Of a stretch of 64,000 nucleotides of DNA, positions 1 through 9,177 are shown in pieces. Origin of the DNA: an uncultured virus (IMG/VR IMGVR_UViG_3300020337_000002) (lineage: Duplodnaviria; Heunggongvirae; Uroviricota; Caudoviricetes). The translations under genes were made by a program, and so were the position numbers. The DNA is taken from the IMG/VR virus record IMGVR_UViG_3300020337_000002. One strand, written 5' to 3'. The notes under the pieces were generated by a model. The model did no database searches, had not been told where the DNA came from, and saw nothing but the letters and a program-made list of their open reading frames with translations. Each line of letters opens with the position of its first letter. Position 1 is the stretch's first letter.

Positions 1-2
1 TA

Positions 3-956
3 GAACCTAGTAAAAAAGAATGGGTTGAAAAGAACCTAAAAGCATTTCCACCAAAAGAAGTAATTATTACTGCACAAAAAAGCAAGTATGCTAAAAATTC
101 AGATGGCACTCCAAACATACTAATTGATGACTTTGGTCAGAACGTTAGTAAGTGGGAAGCATCAGGTGGTGTAGGATTTAAACATAAAGATCATAAGTTT
201 GAAAGAACTGCTAAAAATTTAAAACAATATTTTGAACAACCAGCTACGGAGAGAGAATTGACAAAAGGCGAAGAGAAAGACAAGGAACGTTTCGTAAAAG
301 GTATGAAGAAAAATTCAAAGGACTTTAAAAAACGTTACGGTAAAGATGCTGATGCGGTTATGTATGCAACAGCAACCAAGATGGCAAAAGAAGGCGATCT
401 TATACCATTTCCTAAAAACAGTTATTCAGTAGATTCAGATGCTACTGATTACGACTTTATGAAACTAGGACGTAACATGGCCAACATAGCAACAACTGAA
501 CCAGATGATGCTAACATGGGCGATCAAGATATTATGCTGAACTTCTTTGGAGGAGATAAAGAAGCTAAACATATGATTGCTAACTTAAAACGTTTAGGAT
601 ATCAAGTTGGTAATGTATCAGGATATCAGGATCATAACTTTGACCCAGAACCAACAGATGGCAAAGAACCTCCACAAGTTAAGAGCAAAGATGTAGATAA
701 GTTTATTGCACGTAAGGGTAAAACACCATTAGACAAGCTAAAGCCCGTACAACGTGATCGTAGCTGGGCTAAACTAGGTAAAGCATTACAACGCACAGGC
801 GATAAGAAATACTCTCCTATACTAGTTGATAGAGATGGTTATATCATTAACGGACATCATAGATACGATTCACTACGTTTACGTGGACAAAAAGAAGCTA
901 GAGTACACATGATCAATGGAAGTTTAAAAGAGATCATGCAACTTATGAAAAGATAA
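3..956 (+). CDS. 5'-truncated multidomain protein: HAD 5'(3')-deoxyribonucleotidase-like segment + small helical module + C-terminal ParB/Srx-like domain
   Basis: Frame is open from base 3, upstream of the track's TTG at 258. It reads ...KKEWVEKNL...NILIDDFGQNVSKWEASGGVGFKH (NT5C-like HAD tail). The C-terminus has PILVDRDGYIINGHHRY (ParB-like GHHR motif). Confidence 0.6.
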   Translation, partial: EPSKKEWVEKNLKAFPPKEVIITAQKSKYAKNSDGTPNILIDDFGQNVSKWEASGGVGFKHKDHKFERTAKNLKQYFEQPATERELTKGEEKDKERFVKGMKKNSKDFKKRYGKDADAVMYATATKMAKEGDLIPFPKNSYSVDSDATDYDFMKLGRNMANIATTEPDDANMGDQDIMLNFFGGDKEAKHMIANLKRLGYQVGNVSGYQDHNFDPEPTDGKEPPQVKSKDVDKFIARKGKTPLDKLKPVQRDRSWAKLGKALQRTGDKKYSPILVDRDGYIINGHHRYDSLRLRGQKEARVHMINGSLKEIMQLMKR

Positions 957-959
957 ATA
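954..959 (+). promoter_or_regulatory. T4-late-type promoter (TAAATA), 5 nt before ATG 965
   Basis: gaTAAATActgctATG, with no SD. Confidence 0.55.
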
Positions 960-964
960 CTGCT

Positions 965-1987
965 ATGCGTATAAGAGAAGTTAAAAAACCTAAAGTTAAC
1001 AAGCCAAGAGATCCTAATTTCCAGGCTATGCAGAGCTTACGTAAAAGTGGAGCCGCAGGTAGCCATGGTGACAAAACTAAAGATATTCCACGCAAAGACA
1101 AGCACAAGGGAAAAGATGCATACGATATTAATGAATCTGAAAAAGACACACATTGTTCGCCCAAGTGTTGTGGAGCAGATGTAAAACGTGAAGACTGTGA
1201 ATGTAAACCAACTTGTCCGCATTGTAATTGCAACGATCCTAAAGTAGATGAAACTGCTACACCTGGTGCAACAAGTGCCGGTAATATAGCAACAGTGGCT
1301 AATCCACACATAGCAAACAGCAAAAAGAAGCCTAAGACACAAAAACCAACAGATAACGCACTAGATAACAAGAGCCATGGACTATTCGGTCAACCAATGA
1401 AACGGCTAAATAATAGTAAGGAACTTACAATGAACAAAGATAAAGAATTAGTTGAAAATTTAGCGGATATGGCCAGCAAGGTCGAGCAAGATCACGAAGT
1501 GCAAATGGCACGTGCTCAGCTATACAAAATTGCAAAATACTCAATCAAGATGCATGAGATGTTGAAGAATGTATCTGAGCAAGAAGGCTTAGAGGGTTGG
1601 GTACAATCTAAGATTACTAAAGCCGCAGACTATATGGGTGCAGTATATCACAATATGGACTACGAACAAAAGTTCGAAGAAGTAAGTGAAAGTGCAAACT
1701 GTGGTTGTGACACACACGAAAGTCATAGTAAATGTGATGACGACTGTGGTTGTGATCCAGTAAGTGAAGGCAAAGCAAAGAATCCTAAACAACAGGCGGC
1801 TATTGCTATTGCTAAAAAGAAAGACGGTTATAAAGAGTCCCTAGCAGATAAACTTGCAAAAGAACAAGGCGAGTATGTATACGAAAAACAAAAAGGCGTT
1901 GACGGCAAAGTATGCTGGAAAGGTTACAAACGTATGGGTACTAAGAAAAAGGGTGGCAAGACTGTTGATAACTGCGTAAAGATGTAG
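965..1987 (+). CDS. Modular, Cys-rich probable head-packaged internal protein; possibly two genes joined (second start at 1430)
   Basis: Low-complexity basic modules separated by hydrophobic-x-E sites (INE, VDE, LVE, VSE); Cys clusters CSPKCC...CECKPTCPHCNC and CGCD...CDDDCGCD; internal TAAATA + AAGGA + ATG at 1407-1432. Confidence 0.5.
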   Translation: MRIREVKKPKVNKPRDPNFQAMQSLRKSGAAGSHGDKTKDIPRKDKHKGKDAYDINESEKDTHCSPKCCGADVKREDCECKPTCPHCNCNDPKVDETATPGATSAGNIATVANPHIANSKKKPKTQKPTDNALDNKSHGLFGQPMKRLNNSKELTMNKDKELVENLADMASKVEQDHEVQMARAQLYKIAKYSIKMHEMLKNVSEQEGLEGWVQSKITKAADYMGAVYHNMDYEQKFEEVSESANCGCDTHESHSKCDDDCGCDPVSEGKAKNPKQQAAIAIAKKKDGYKESLADKLAKEQGEYVYEKQKGVDGKVCWKGYKRMGTKKKGGKTVDNCVKM

Positions 1988-1991
1988 TTCA

Positions 1992-2435
1992 ATGAGAGCC
2001 AAAGACTTCCTTCCAGAAAAACCAGATCCAAAAGGCGTTTATAAAGGCGTTGCGGACTATGGTACTGACTTTTCTGATAAGCTGGTCAAAACATTCGGCG
2101 GTGATAATAAGTTATCAAACATACAGAAACCAACAGGTGGTGATAGACTACGTAATTTAGTCGGACTTGGCAAGGACAAACCTTCCAGTTCTAGTAGCAA
2201 AGATAATGCTAAAGCACCAGAAAAGAATACAAAAGCACCGGCGCCTACTCCGGAGCCTGCACAAAAACTACCAAGACAAGAAGACGTAAAACCTGGATCA
2301 GCATATAGTGATGGCAAAGTTACTTGGACATTTGACGGTACTAAATGGTCAGATGGTAAGAATATGCTTGATAGCAAAACAGGTTACAGAAATTTCGTCG
2401 TTGCCCTACAAAAAGGCAAGGCAATCCAAGCCTAG
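1992..2435 (+). CDS. Hypothetical protein with capsid-targeting-sequence-like N-terminus
   Basis: N-terminus MRAKDFLPE resembles the T4 internal-protein CTS (MKTYQEFIAE-type); Pro/Ala linker; C-terminal WTFDGTKW. Confidence 0.45.
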   Translation: MRAKDFLPEKPDPKGVYKGVADYGTDFSDKLVKTFGGDNKLSNIQKPTGGDRLRNLVGLGKDKPSSSSSKDNAKAPEKNTKAPAPTPEPAQKLPRQEDVKPGSAYSDGKVTWTFDGTKWSDGKNMLDSKTGYRNFVVALQKGKAIQA

Positions 2436-2436
2436 C

Positions 2437-2443
2437 ATAAATA
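2437..2443 (+). promoter_or_regulatory. Late-type promoter (ATAAATA)
   Basis: Intergenic cATAAATAc followed by SD GAGGAG and ATG 2473. Confidence 0.5.
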
Positions 2444-2472
2444 CATTATAAATTAACATAACGAGGAGTTCT

Positions 2473-3135
2473 ATGGCCTTTCTAGTCCATAACATACCAC
2501 CCGTCGAAGTATTCGTTAAAAAAGAATACCTATATGATCTGCAAAAAGGTCACGGAGAGTTTACTCCTGGAATATGGATTTCAATTAGAAGTATAATGGG
2601 CAAGGCTTTGTATGTTGAAACATTACTAACAGAGTATGGTGCTTTATATGATAAACTTCCTTTGTCAGCATTTGTCTGGAAAACAGACATTAATCCAGAA
2701 GACCAATTACCACTAGATACGTTACAGATATGGGATTGTTTTGATTATGATATTACAGTAATTAAAAAACCTATGTTAGCAGACTGTGAGTTCTTTGGCA
2801 AGGATAAAAAGATGCACAAGGGCGAGTATATGTTTACACTCGACACGTGTCATTCACAACATTCAACTCTTAATGTTAATTTTTCAGAACACGATCCGGA
2901 ACACAAATCATTTAATTTTATTAAAATGAACAATGGTCAGTTTGCCGCACAGCCAAACAACAGAGTTATATTCACAGACCAAAGTCTTGTGATCGGTGAT
3001 CGTAAAATGCCAGACTTCAAAGTATGTACACAAAATTATACAGTAGAAAATAATCCAAAGTGGTCCGTCGGACATACTGACGAGTGGCAATATAAATCAA
3101 AGGACGAGGAAGAGATTGGATCAAGCAAAACGTAA
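2473..3135 (+). CDS. Conserved phage hypothetical protein
   Basis: 220 aa ORF with strong SD GAGGAG; no functional motif recognised. Confidence 0.7.
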   Translation: MAFLVHNIPPVEVFVKKEYLYDLQKGHGEFTPGIWISIRSIMGKALYVETLLTEYGALYDKLPLSAFVWKTDINPEDQLPLDTLQIWDCFDYDITVIKKPMLADCEFFGKDKKMHKGEYMFTLDTCHSQHSTLNVNFSEHDPEHKSFNFIKMNNGQFAAQPNNRVIFTDQSLVIGDRKMPDFKVCTQNYTVENNPKWSVGHTDEWQYKSKDEEEIGSSKT

Positions 3136-3310
3136 AGATGCTTACCGAGTTTTTTGGATAGTCAAAGGACATTTCAACGCAACCGAATCATGTATATTAG
3201 ATTGTTATGATAGTTATTTCAAACGAGTTTGGTATAACGAAGAAGCATACATATATCTAGAAGGGTTCGAAGAAGCCTACAAAGCCACCTTAAATACTAC
3301 CAAAACTTAA
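3116..3310 (+). CDS. Small hypothetical protein
   Basis: 64 aa ORF, TTG start after GAGGAAGA, fills the gap between neighbours. Confidence 0.5.
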   Translation: MDQAKRKDAYRVFWIVKGHFNATESCILDCYDSYFKRVWYNEEAYIYLEGFEEAYKATLNTTKT

Positions 3311-3327
3311 TAAGATTAAATAGTTGT

Positions 3328-3873
3328 ATGTTAGAACCTAACGTACAGAGTTTAGAATTCAAAGAACAAGCAGATGTTTTTACAATGGTTTATCCAGAGT
3401 TTGAAACACTTAATCCAATTCTAGATCAAAAAATTAGAGCTGAAGGTGATCAGCAATTTAGAAAAACTAATGTCCAAGCCGACATGACTAAATGGACTAT
3501 GTTTGAAGATCCTGACTTTGCAAAGATAATCGATTTTGCAATTGATGTTGTTAAAGGAGGATTGGTACATAAAGAGTTAGGTACATATTCAATTACTGAT
3601 TGTTGGGGAGCCGTATATAAAAAGGGAGAAAGTTGTAACCCTCATGCACACCACCCAGCAATTTGGAGTTTCGTTTATTATGTAGATGCGACACCTGAAG
3701 ATGCTCCGTTGGTCTTTCCAACGAGTGGTAATGCAATATATCCAAATTCAGGACTTATGATAGTATTCCCAGGTTGGGTAACTCATAGTGTGCCACCACA
3801 AGTAAATGAAAAAGAAAGGGTTGTCATTGCAGGTAATTTAACTATTGACAGACCACAGGCTAAGAGTGTATAA
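3328..3873 (+). CDS. 2OG-Fe(II) oxygenase (TIGR02466-like)
   Basis: W..Y..G...PHAH...WSFVYYV ... VFPGWVTHSV ... ERVVIAGN; preceded by TAAATA at 3317-3322. Confidence 0.85.
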   Translation: MLEPNVQSLEFKEQADVFTMVYPEFETLNPILDQKIRAEGDQQFRKTNVQADMTKWTMFEDPDFAKIIDFAIDVVKGGLVHKELGTYSITDCWGAVYKKGESCNPHAHHPAIWSFVYYVDATPEDAPLVFPTSGNAIYPNSGLMIVFPGWVTHSVPPQVNEKERVVIAGNLTIDRPQAKSV

Positions 3874-3874
3874 T
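3845..3874 (+). promoter_or_regulatory. Sigma70-type promoter
   Basis: TTGACA-18 nt-TATAAT upstream of AAGGAG and ATG 3904. Confidence 0.75.
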
Positions 3875-3903
3875 AAACAAACTTATAATTTAAGGAGAAT
3901 ATA

Positions 3904-4164
3904 ATGAGTGATAGAGTATATGGACAGGACGAAAAGCAAAAGCTAGAACGTCTTGTAAACGAAGGTGCTCAAGTGATGCAAGAGGTTGAGGACCTAAATA
4001 CAGGTCTTAAGGATACTGTAAAAGCAGTAGCAGAAGAACTGAACATCAAACCAGCAACCATTAACAAGGCAATTAAGATTGCACACAAAGGTGACTGGCA
4101 TAAAGTTGCAGATGCATTTGACGACCTAGAAACTTTGGTTGTTACTGTAGGCAAAGACAAGTAG
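3904..4164 (+). CDS. T4 DsbA/GapR-like small dsDNA-binding protein
   Basis: 86 aa helical protein; EVEDLNTGLKDTVKAVAEELNIKPATINKAIK pattern. Confidence 0.6.
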   Translation: MSDRVYGQDEKQKLERLVNEGAQVMQEVEDLNTGLKDTVKAVAEELNIKPATINKAIKIAHKGDWHKVADAFDDLETLVVTVGKDK

Positions 4165-4436
4165 TGAGTATCTCGTCATTTTTTAGAAAAAGCTACGAGT
4201 CGCACCCAACAGCATTTTACCTTGAAATGGTCAGTGCTATTACGGTGATTATAGGTAGTGGTATTCTTACCTATACAGTTCTTGCACCAAGGCCAGACAT
4301 ATTCATTCCATTTTATTGGATTGGAAGTGTTACAGGATTCTTTGGAGCATATTATAGAAGTTCAGCATGGGTTATGGTTTTAACCGCATGGTTTACTACT
4401 ATGAATACCATAGCACTTTGGAAGTTATTTTTATGA
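4164..4436 (+). CDS. Small membrane protein
   Basis: Three hydrophobic segments; start overlaps the upstream stop. Confidence 0.65.
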   Translation: MSISSFFRKSYESHPTAFYLEMVSAITVIIGSGILTYTVLAPRPDIFIPFYWIGSVTGFFGAYYRSSAWVMVLTAWFTTMNTIALWKLFL

Positions 4437-4744
4437 AATATATGGTTGACATAGACGGAACTATCTGTTATACTGTAAACAGTAACTATGAGGAAAGTCA
4501 GCCACGTAGAGACCGCATAGAGCACCTAAACGGGCTATATGACGCAGGTAATGAGATACATTACTATACTGCAAGGGGCGGTAATTCAGGCACAGATTGG
4601 CAGGAATTTACCGTAAGACAATTAATGAATTGGGGTGTAAGAGCCACAACAATAAAAACAGGCAAACAAGTATACGATATTTGGATAGACGATAAGGCAA
4701 TAAATGATAGAGAATATTTTAAACAACAAGGCATTGAAGATTGA
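4433..4744 (+). CDS. Small HAD-superfamily phosphatase
   Basis: MKYMVDIDGTI (DxD motif I), YTAR, K...DIWIDDKA; start moved to the ATGA-coupled ATG 4433. Confidence 0.8.
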   Translation: MKYMVDIDGTICYTVNSNYEESQPRRDRIEHLNGLYDAGNEIHYYTARGGNSGTDWQEFTVRQLMNWGVRATTIKTGKQVYDIWIDDKAINDREYFKQQGIED

Positions 4745-4961
4745 TGTTATACTAAAATGGGTAGCAACATTAATACTAATAATTGGAACTTTTATTAACG
4801 CAGGATTTCCTGAGTTATATCCAATAGGACCAGGCTTACTAGCACTAGGTGGAGCAGTTTGGTTAATAGTTTCATTTATGTGGAAAGAACCGGCGTTGAT
4901 AATAACAAATGGGGTCTTGACATTAGTTGGGATTTCAGGTATAATATTAGCAACACTATGA
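4704..4961 (+). CDS. Small membrane protein
   Basis: Three hydrophobic helices; start uncertain. Confidence 0.6.
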   Translation: MIENILNNKALKIDVILKWVATLILIIGTFINAGFPELYPIGPGLLALGGAVWLIVSFMWKEPALIITNGVLTLVGISGIILATL

Positions 4962-4970
4962 AGAAGGCAC

Positions 4971-5025
4971 AGTCGGCCATAAGCGACTTATTTGGTATTT
5001 GTCAGCCTCAAATGACATACAGGAG
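4971..5025 (+). promoter_or_regulatory. Twin stem-loops abutting the polB SD (candidate translational operator)
   Basis: AGTCG-GCCATAAG-CGACT (4971-4988) and TGTCA-GCCTCAAA-TGACA (5000-5017), then AGGAG (5021-5025). Confidence 0.55.
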
Positions 5026-5030
5026 AAAAG

Positions 5031-7706
5031 ATGAGTTACGTAGACGCACAATTCGATAGAGACCAAGATGTTATCCGTGTAGTAGAACGAAAAGACGGAA
5101 AGAGACATTTTACAGAATACCCGGTCAAATATACATTCTTTTATAAAGATGCCAGAGGCAAATACAAAAGTATCTATGGCGATCCATTAAGTAGGATTGT
5201 TGCTAGAAATACAAAACAGTTTCGCAAAGAACTTGCAATCAATCAAAACAAAGAATTATTTGAAAGTGATGTAAATCCAATATTCCAATGTTTAAGTGAA
5301 CAATACTTAAATGTTGATGCTCCTAAACTAAATGTTTGCTTTTTTGATATTGAGACAGACTTTGATCCTGAAAGAGGATTTGCTGATCCTAGTGATCCTT
5401 TCATGCCAATTACTGCAATCACAGTACACTTACAATGGCTAGATAGTCTTGTAACATTTGCACTTCCGCCCAAGGGCTTAACAATGGAACAGGCAAAGAA
5501 AGAAGTAGAAGAATTCCCTAACACATACTTGTATGAAAAAGAAGGAGATATGCTAGAAGCATTTCTTGATATCATACAAGACGCAGACATACTAACAGGT
5601 TGGAACAGTGAAGGTTATGATATTCCTTATACAGTTAACCGTGTTTCAAGAGTTTTAAGTAAAGATGATACTAGACGTTTCTGTTTATGGAAACAACTTC
5701 CTAAGAAACGTGAGTATGAGAAGTATGGTAAGAAAGCTGAAACCTATGACCTAATAGGTAGAGTGCATTTAGATAGTTTAGAATTATATCGTAAATACAC
5801 ATATGAAGAACGACACACTTACAGACTTGACGCTATTGGCGAACTTGAGATCGGTGAAAACAAAACTGTTTACGAAGGTACACTCGATCAACTTTATAAC
5901 AATGACTTCAAGACATTCATTGAGTACAACAGACAAGACGTTGCACTACTGGACAAGCTGGACAAAAAACTAAGGTTTATCGATCTTAGTAATGAACTAG
6001 CTCATGCAAATACTGTTTTGCTACAGACCACAATGGGTGCGGTAGCAGTTACAGAACAAGCAATCATTAATGAAGCACATCACAGAGGACTACAGGTTCC
6101 TAATAGGCCTAAACGTGATGAGGAAAATACTGCGGCGGCAGGTGCCTATGTGGCATTTCCTAAAAAAGGTTTACACAAATGGATAGGATCAATGGACTTG
6201 AATTCACTGTATCCATCTGTTATTAGAGCATTGAATATGGATCCAGCAACTATTGTTGGACAACTACGTCCCGAACTAACACAGGCATTTGTAGATGATC
6301 AAATGACATTACAGAAGAAGTCATTTGCAGGTGCATGGGAAGGTAAGTTCGGCACAATAGAATATGAAGCTGTCATGGAGAAGAAGAAAGATGTTAGTCT
6401 TACTGTTGACTTTGAGAATGGCGAAAGTGAAATATTAAGTGGTGCAGAAGTATACAAACTAATTTATAATAGCAATCAACCATGGATGCTTACTGCTAAT
6501 GGTACTATCCTTACAAATGAATTTGATGGTGTTATTCCAGGACTATTGAAACGTTGGTATAGCGAACGTAAAGAGCTACAGGCTATGAAAGGAAAAGCCA
6601 TTGATGCAGGTAATAAAACAGAAATTGCGTTTTGGGATAAACGTCAGCTAGTTAAGAAGATTAACCTAAATAGTTTATATGGTGCAATACTTAATCCAGG
6701 TTGTAGATTCTTTGATAAACGTATTGGTCAATCAACAACACTTACAGGTAGAGCTATTGCAAAGCACATGAGCGCCGAAGTTAATAAAGTTATTACAGGC
6801 AAATATGATCACGTAGGAGACAGCATTATATATGGTGATACTGACTCCGTTTATTTTAGTGCATTTCCGATATTGAAAAAAGAAATAGAAGAAGGCAAGA
6901 TTCCTTGGACAAAGGATAGTGTTATAAAACTTTATGATCAAGTATGCGAAGAAGCAAACAAAACATTTGGTAAGTTTATGATGGAGGCATTCCATTGTCC
7001 AAAAAGTCGGTCGGACGTTATCGCGGCGGGTAGAGAGATTGTTGCTGAAAGCGGATTGTACATTACAAAGAAAAGATATGCGGCCTTGATATATGACAAC
7101 GAAGGACAACGTACAGATGTAGATGGCAAGCCAGGTAAAGTAAAAGCCATGGGCTTGGATCTTAAACGTTCTGATACTCCTGTGTTTATGCAAGACTTCT
7201 TAAGTGAACTGCTAATGATGGTGCTACAAGAAGCAAGTGAAAAAGATATCTTAGAACGTATTAGCGAATTTAGAACAGAGTTTAAACTACGTCCTGGTTA
7301 TGAGAAAGGTTCACCTAAACGTGCAAATAGAATTGGTGATTATCAACGTAAGGAACAACGTGAAGGTAAAGCAAATATGCCCGGACACGTTCGAGCAAGT
7401 ATTAATTGGAACACACTTAAACGTATGAACAATGACAAGTATTCACAAGAGATTGTTGATGGTATGAAAGTTATTGTTTGTAAACTAAAACAAAATCCAT
7501 TAGGTTATACTAGTGTTGCTTATCCTACAGATGAATTACGTATTCCTGAATGGTTTAAAGAATTGCCATTTGATGGAGATGCTATGGAGTCAACTATCAT
7601 TGACAACAAGCTAGATAATCTAATTGGTGTACTTAATTATGATATTGCAAGTACACTACAAAAGAACACATTTAATAACCTATTTGACTTTGGAGGTGCA
7701 GAATAA
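5031..7706 (+). CDS. polB: Family B DNA polymerase with proofreading exonuclease
   Basis: Exo motifs FDIET, GWNSEGYDIPY, YNRQD; polymerase motifs DLNSLYPS, KINLNSLYG, YGDTDS, KKRYA. Confidence 0.97.
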   Translation: MSYVDAQFDRDQDVIRVVERKDGKRHFTEYPVKYTFFYKDARGKYKSIYGDPLSRIVARNTKQFRKELAINQNKELFESDVNPIFQCLSEQYLNVDAPKLNVCFFDIETDFDPERGFADPSDPFMPITAITVHLQWLDSLVTFALPPKGLTMEQAKKEVEEFPNTYLYEKEGDMLEAFLDIIQDADILTGWNSEGYDIPYTVNRVSRVLSKDDTRRFCLWKQLPKKREYEKYGKKAETYDLIGRVHLDSLELYRKYTYEERHTYRLDAIGELEIGENKTVYEGTLDQLYNNDFKTFIEYNRQDVALLDKLDKKLRFIDLSNELAHANTVLLQTTMGAVAVTEQAIINEAHHRGLQVPNRPKRDEENTAAAGAYVAFPKKGLHKWIGSMDLNSLYPSVIRALNMDPATIVGQLRPELTQAFVDDQMTLQKKSFAGAWEGKFGTIEYEAVMEKKKDVSLTVDFENGESEILSGAEVYKLIYNSNQPWMLTANGTILTNEFDGVIPGLLKRWYSERKELQAMKGKAIDAGNKTEIAFWDKRQLVKKINLNSLYGAILNPGCRFFDKRIGQSTTLTGRAIAKHMSAEVNKVITGKYDHVGDSIIYGDTDSVYFSAFPILKKEIEEGKIPWTKDSVIKLYDQVCEEANKTFGKFMMEAFHCPKSRSDVIAAGREIVAESGLYITKKRYAALIYDNEGQRTDVDGKPGKVKAMGLDLKRSDTPVFMQDFLSELLMMVLQEASEKDILERISEFRTEFKLRPGYEKGSPKRANRIGDYQRKEQREGKANMPGHVRASINWNTLKRMNNDKYSQEIVDGMKVIVCKLKQNPLGYTSVAYPTDELRIPEWFKELPFDGDAMESTIIDNKLDNLIGVLNYDIASTLQKNTFNNLFDFGGAE

Positions 7707-8248
7707 TGGCAGTACATGGAATGATAGATTTAGAAACACTAGGCGTTGAGCCAGATAGTGTTATCATCACTGTAGGAGCAATTAAGTTTGATCCTTATAC
7801 TGATGTTGAACCCCATAGTGGATTGTATCTACGTTGCGACATCGAAGAACAATCAGAAGAACTAGGTAGAACTATAGATGACAATACAATGGAATGGTGG
7901 ACCAAACAACCAAAGAACATTCAGGACGAAGCATTTGGTGAACACGAGGATCGTGTAAACATGGATCAACTTACAAAAGCTCTAAATAAGTTCTGTGTGG
8001 GTATTGATCAGTTATGGTGCCAAGGTCCATTGTTTGATTATGCTATATTACAAAATTTATATAAGAATGTTAAAAAACCTTGTCCGTGGAACTTCTGGCA
8101 AATTAGAGATAGTAGAACTGTGTTTAGTATGATGCCAAGTGATCCACGTAAAGCTATTCAAGAAGAAATGCACAATGCATTGGCTGACTGTTACTACCAA
8201 GCAAAATGTATACAGTCTACATTTAAACACTTTGGAGTTAAAAAATGA
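7706..8248 (+). CDS. DEDDh 3'-5' exonuclease (DexA/RNase AS-like)
   Basis: MIDLETLG, WCQGPLFDYAIL, RDSRT, HNALADC. Confidence 0.9.
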   Translation: MAVHGMIDLETLGVEPDSVIITVGAIKFDPYTDVEPHSGLYLRCDIEEQSEELGRTIDDNTMEWWTKQPKNIQDEAFGEHEDRVNMDQLTKALNKFCVGIDQLWCQGPLFDYAILQNLYKNVKKPCPWNFWQIRDSRTVFSMMPSDPRKAIQEEMHNALADCYYQAKCIQSTFKHFGVKK

Positions 8249-8409
8249 TTGAAGAGAAACTAATTGAAATAGAAAAAAGACTCGAAAGGATTGAAAAGAA
8301 GTTTGATAAGTTAACTAAGAAATTAGACAAACATATTGACTTTATTGACAATACATATGAAGGTTTACGCAATCCAATCGAAGGGGTGAAAAAGTTTTTA
8401 GGAAGATGA
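8245..8409 (+). CDS. Small coiled-coil hypothetical protein (54 aa, not in the ORF track)
   Basis: MIEEKLIEIEKRLERIEKKFDKL...FLGR*; ATGA overlaps at both ends. Confidence 0.65.
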   Translation: MIEEKLIEIEKRLERIEKKFDKLTKKLDKHIDFIDNTYEGLRNPIEGVKKFLGR

Positions 8410-9137
8410 AGATATTATTAACAGGAAGTAAGGGATTTTTAGGAAGCCACCTTGTCAAAAAATTGACGGCTCATCAGGTACAATGTATTGATAGAGCTGA
8501 TGGCAAAGACTTACTTACCTGTGATTTAAACTATGATGTTGATCTAGTAATTCATCTAGCAGGTGAAAGCGGTATAGGTAAGAGTTTAGACCACCCTGAA
8601 CTATATTGGGAGAACAATGTTATAGCAACAAAAAGATTATTTGATCATTTTAAAGGCACAAGGATTATGTATGCAAGTTCTAGTACTGCAAAAGAACCAG
8701 ATAGAAATCCTTATGCGATGACAAAATACACATTAGAAAAACTTGCACCACATACAAGTACGGGACTACGTTTTTGCACTATATACAGTAACAGTCAGCA
8801 AAGGCCCAATATGTTCGTACCTCGTTTACTACGAAACCAAATAGAGTATATTCATACTAATCATAAACGAGACTTTATCCATATAGATGATGTTTGTAGT
8901 GCCATTACGTTTCTTATGAATCGTGAAGCACCTGGTGTATATGATATTGGAACGGGTATAAGCACACCCCTAAAAGAGATTACGGATTTTTTCGATTTAA
9001 AAGTTGAAGAAAGAATCGGTGGTGAGAACGAAAGGTTATGCAATAAAGCTGACATTTCGAAATTAACAGACTTTGGATGGTCACCTAAAATCAAATTATT
9101 TGAGTACCTAAAGTCGCAAAAGGACTTGACTTTATGA
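8406..9137 (+). CDS. NAD-dependent nucleotide-sugar epimerase/dehydratase
   Basis: TGSKGFLG, IHLAG, ASSS, YAMTK (YxxxK), RDFIHIDD. Confidence 0.9.
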   Translation: MKILLTGSKGFLGSHLVKKLTAHQVQCIDRADGKDLLTCDLNYDVDLVIHLAGESGIGKSLDHPELYWENNVIATKRLFDHFKGTRIMYASSSTAKEPDRNPYAMTKYTLEKLAPHTSTGLRFCTIYSNSQQRPNMFVPRLLRNQIEYIHTNHKRDFIHIDDVCSAITFLMNREAPGVYDIGTGISTPLKEITDFFDLKVEERIGGENERLCNKADISKLTDFGWSPKIKLFEYLKSQKDLTL

Positions 9138-9154
9138 TTAAAGTTATGTACAAT
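9126..9154 (+). promoter_or_regulatory. Sigma70-type promoter
   Basis: TTGACT-17 nt-TACAAT upstream of AAGGAG and ATG 9178. Confidence 0.7.
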
Positions 9155-9177
9155 ATAAGATCAAAGGAGAAAAGTAA

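Noticed and set aside
258..260. TTG start of the first ORF
   Set aside because: The frame is open back to base 3 and encodes a recognisable HAD segment, so the gene starts before the window.
4859..5059. 66 aa ORF spanning the polB leader
   Set aside because: It overlaps two genes and the hairpin region and has no coding features.
5031..7706. Intein or intron in the DNA polymerase
   Set aside because: The ORF is continuous at 891 aa. The extra stretch between motifs A and B lacks C...HN intein ends and LAGLIDADG motifs.
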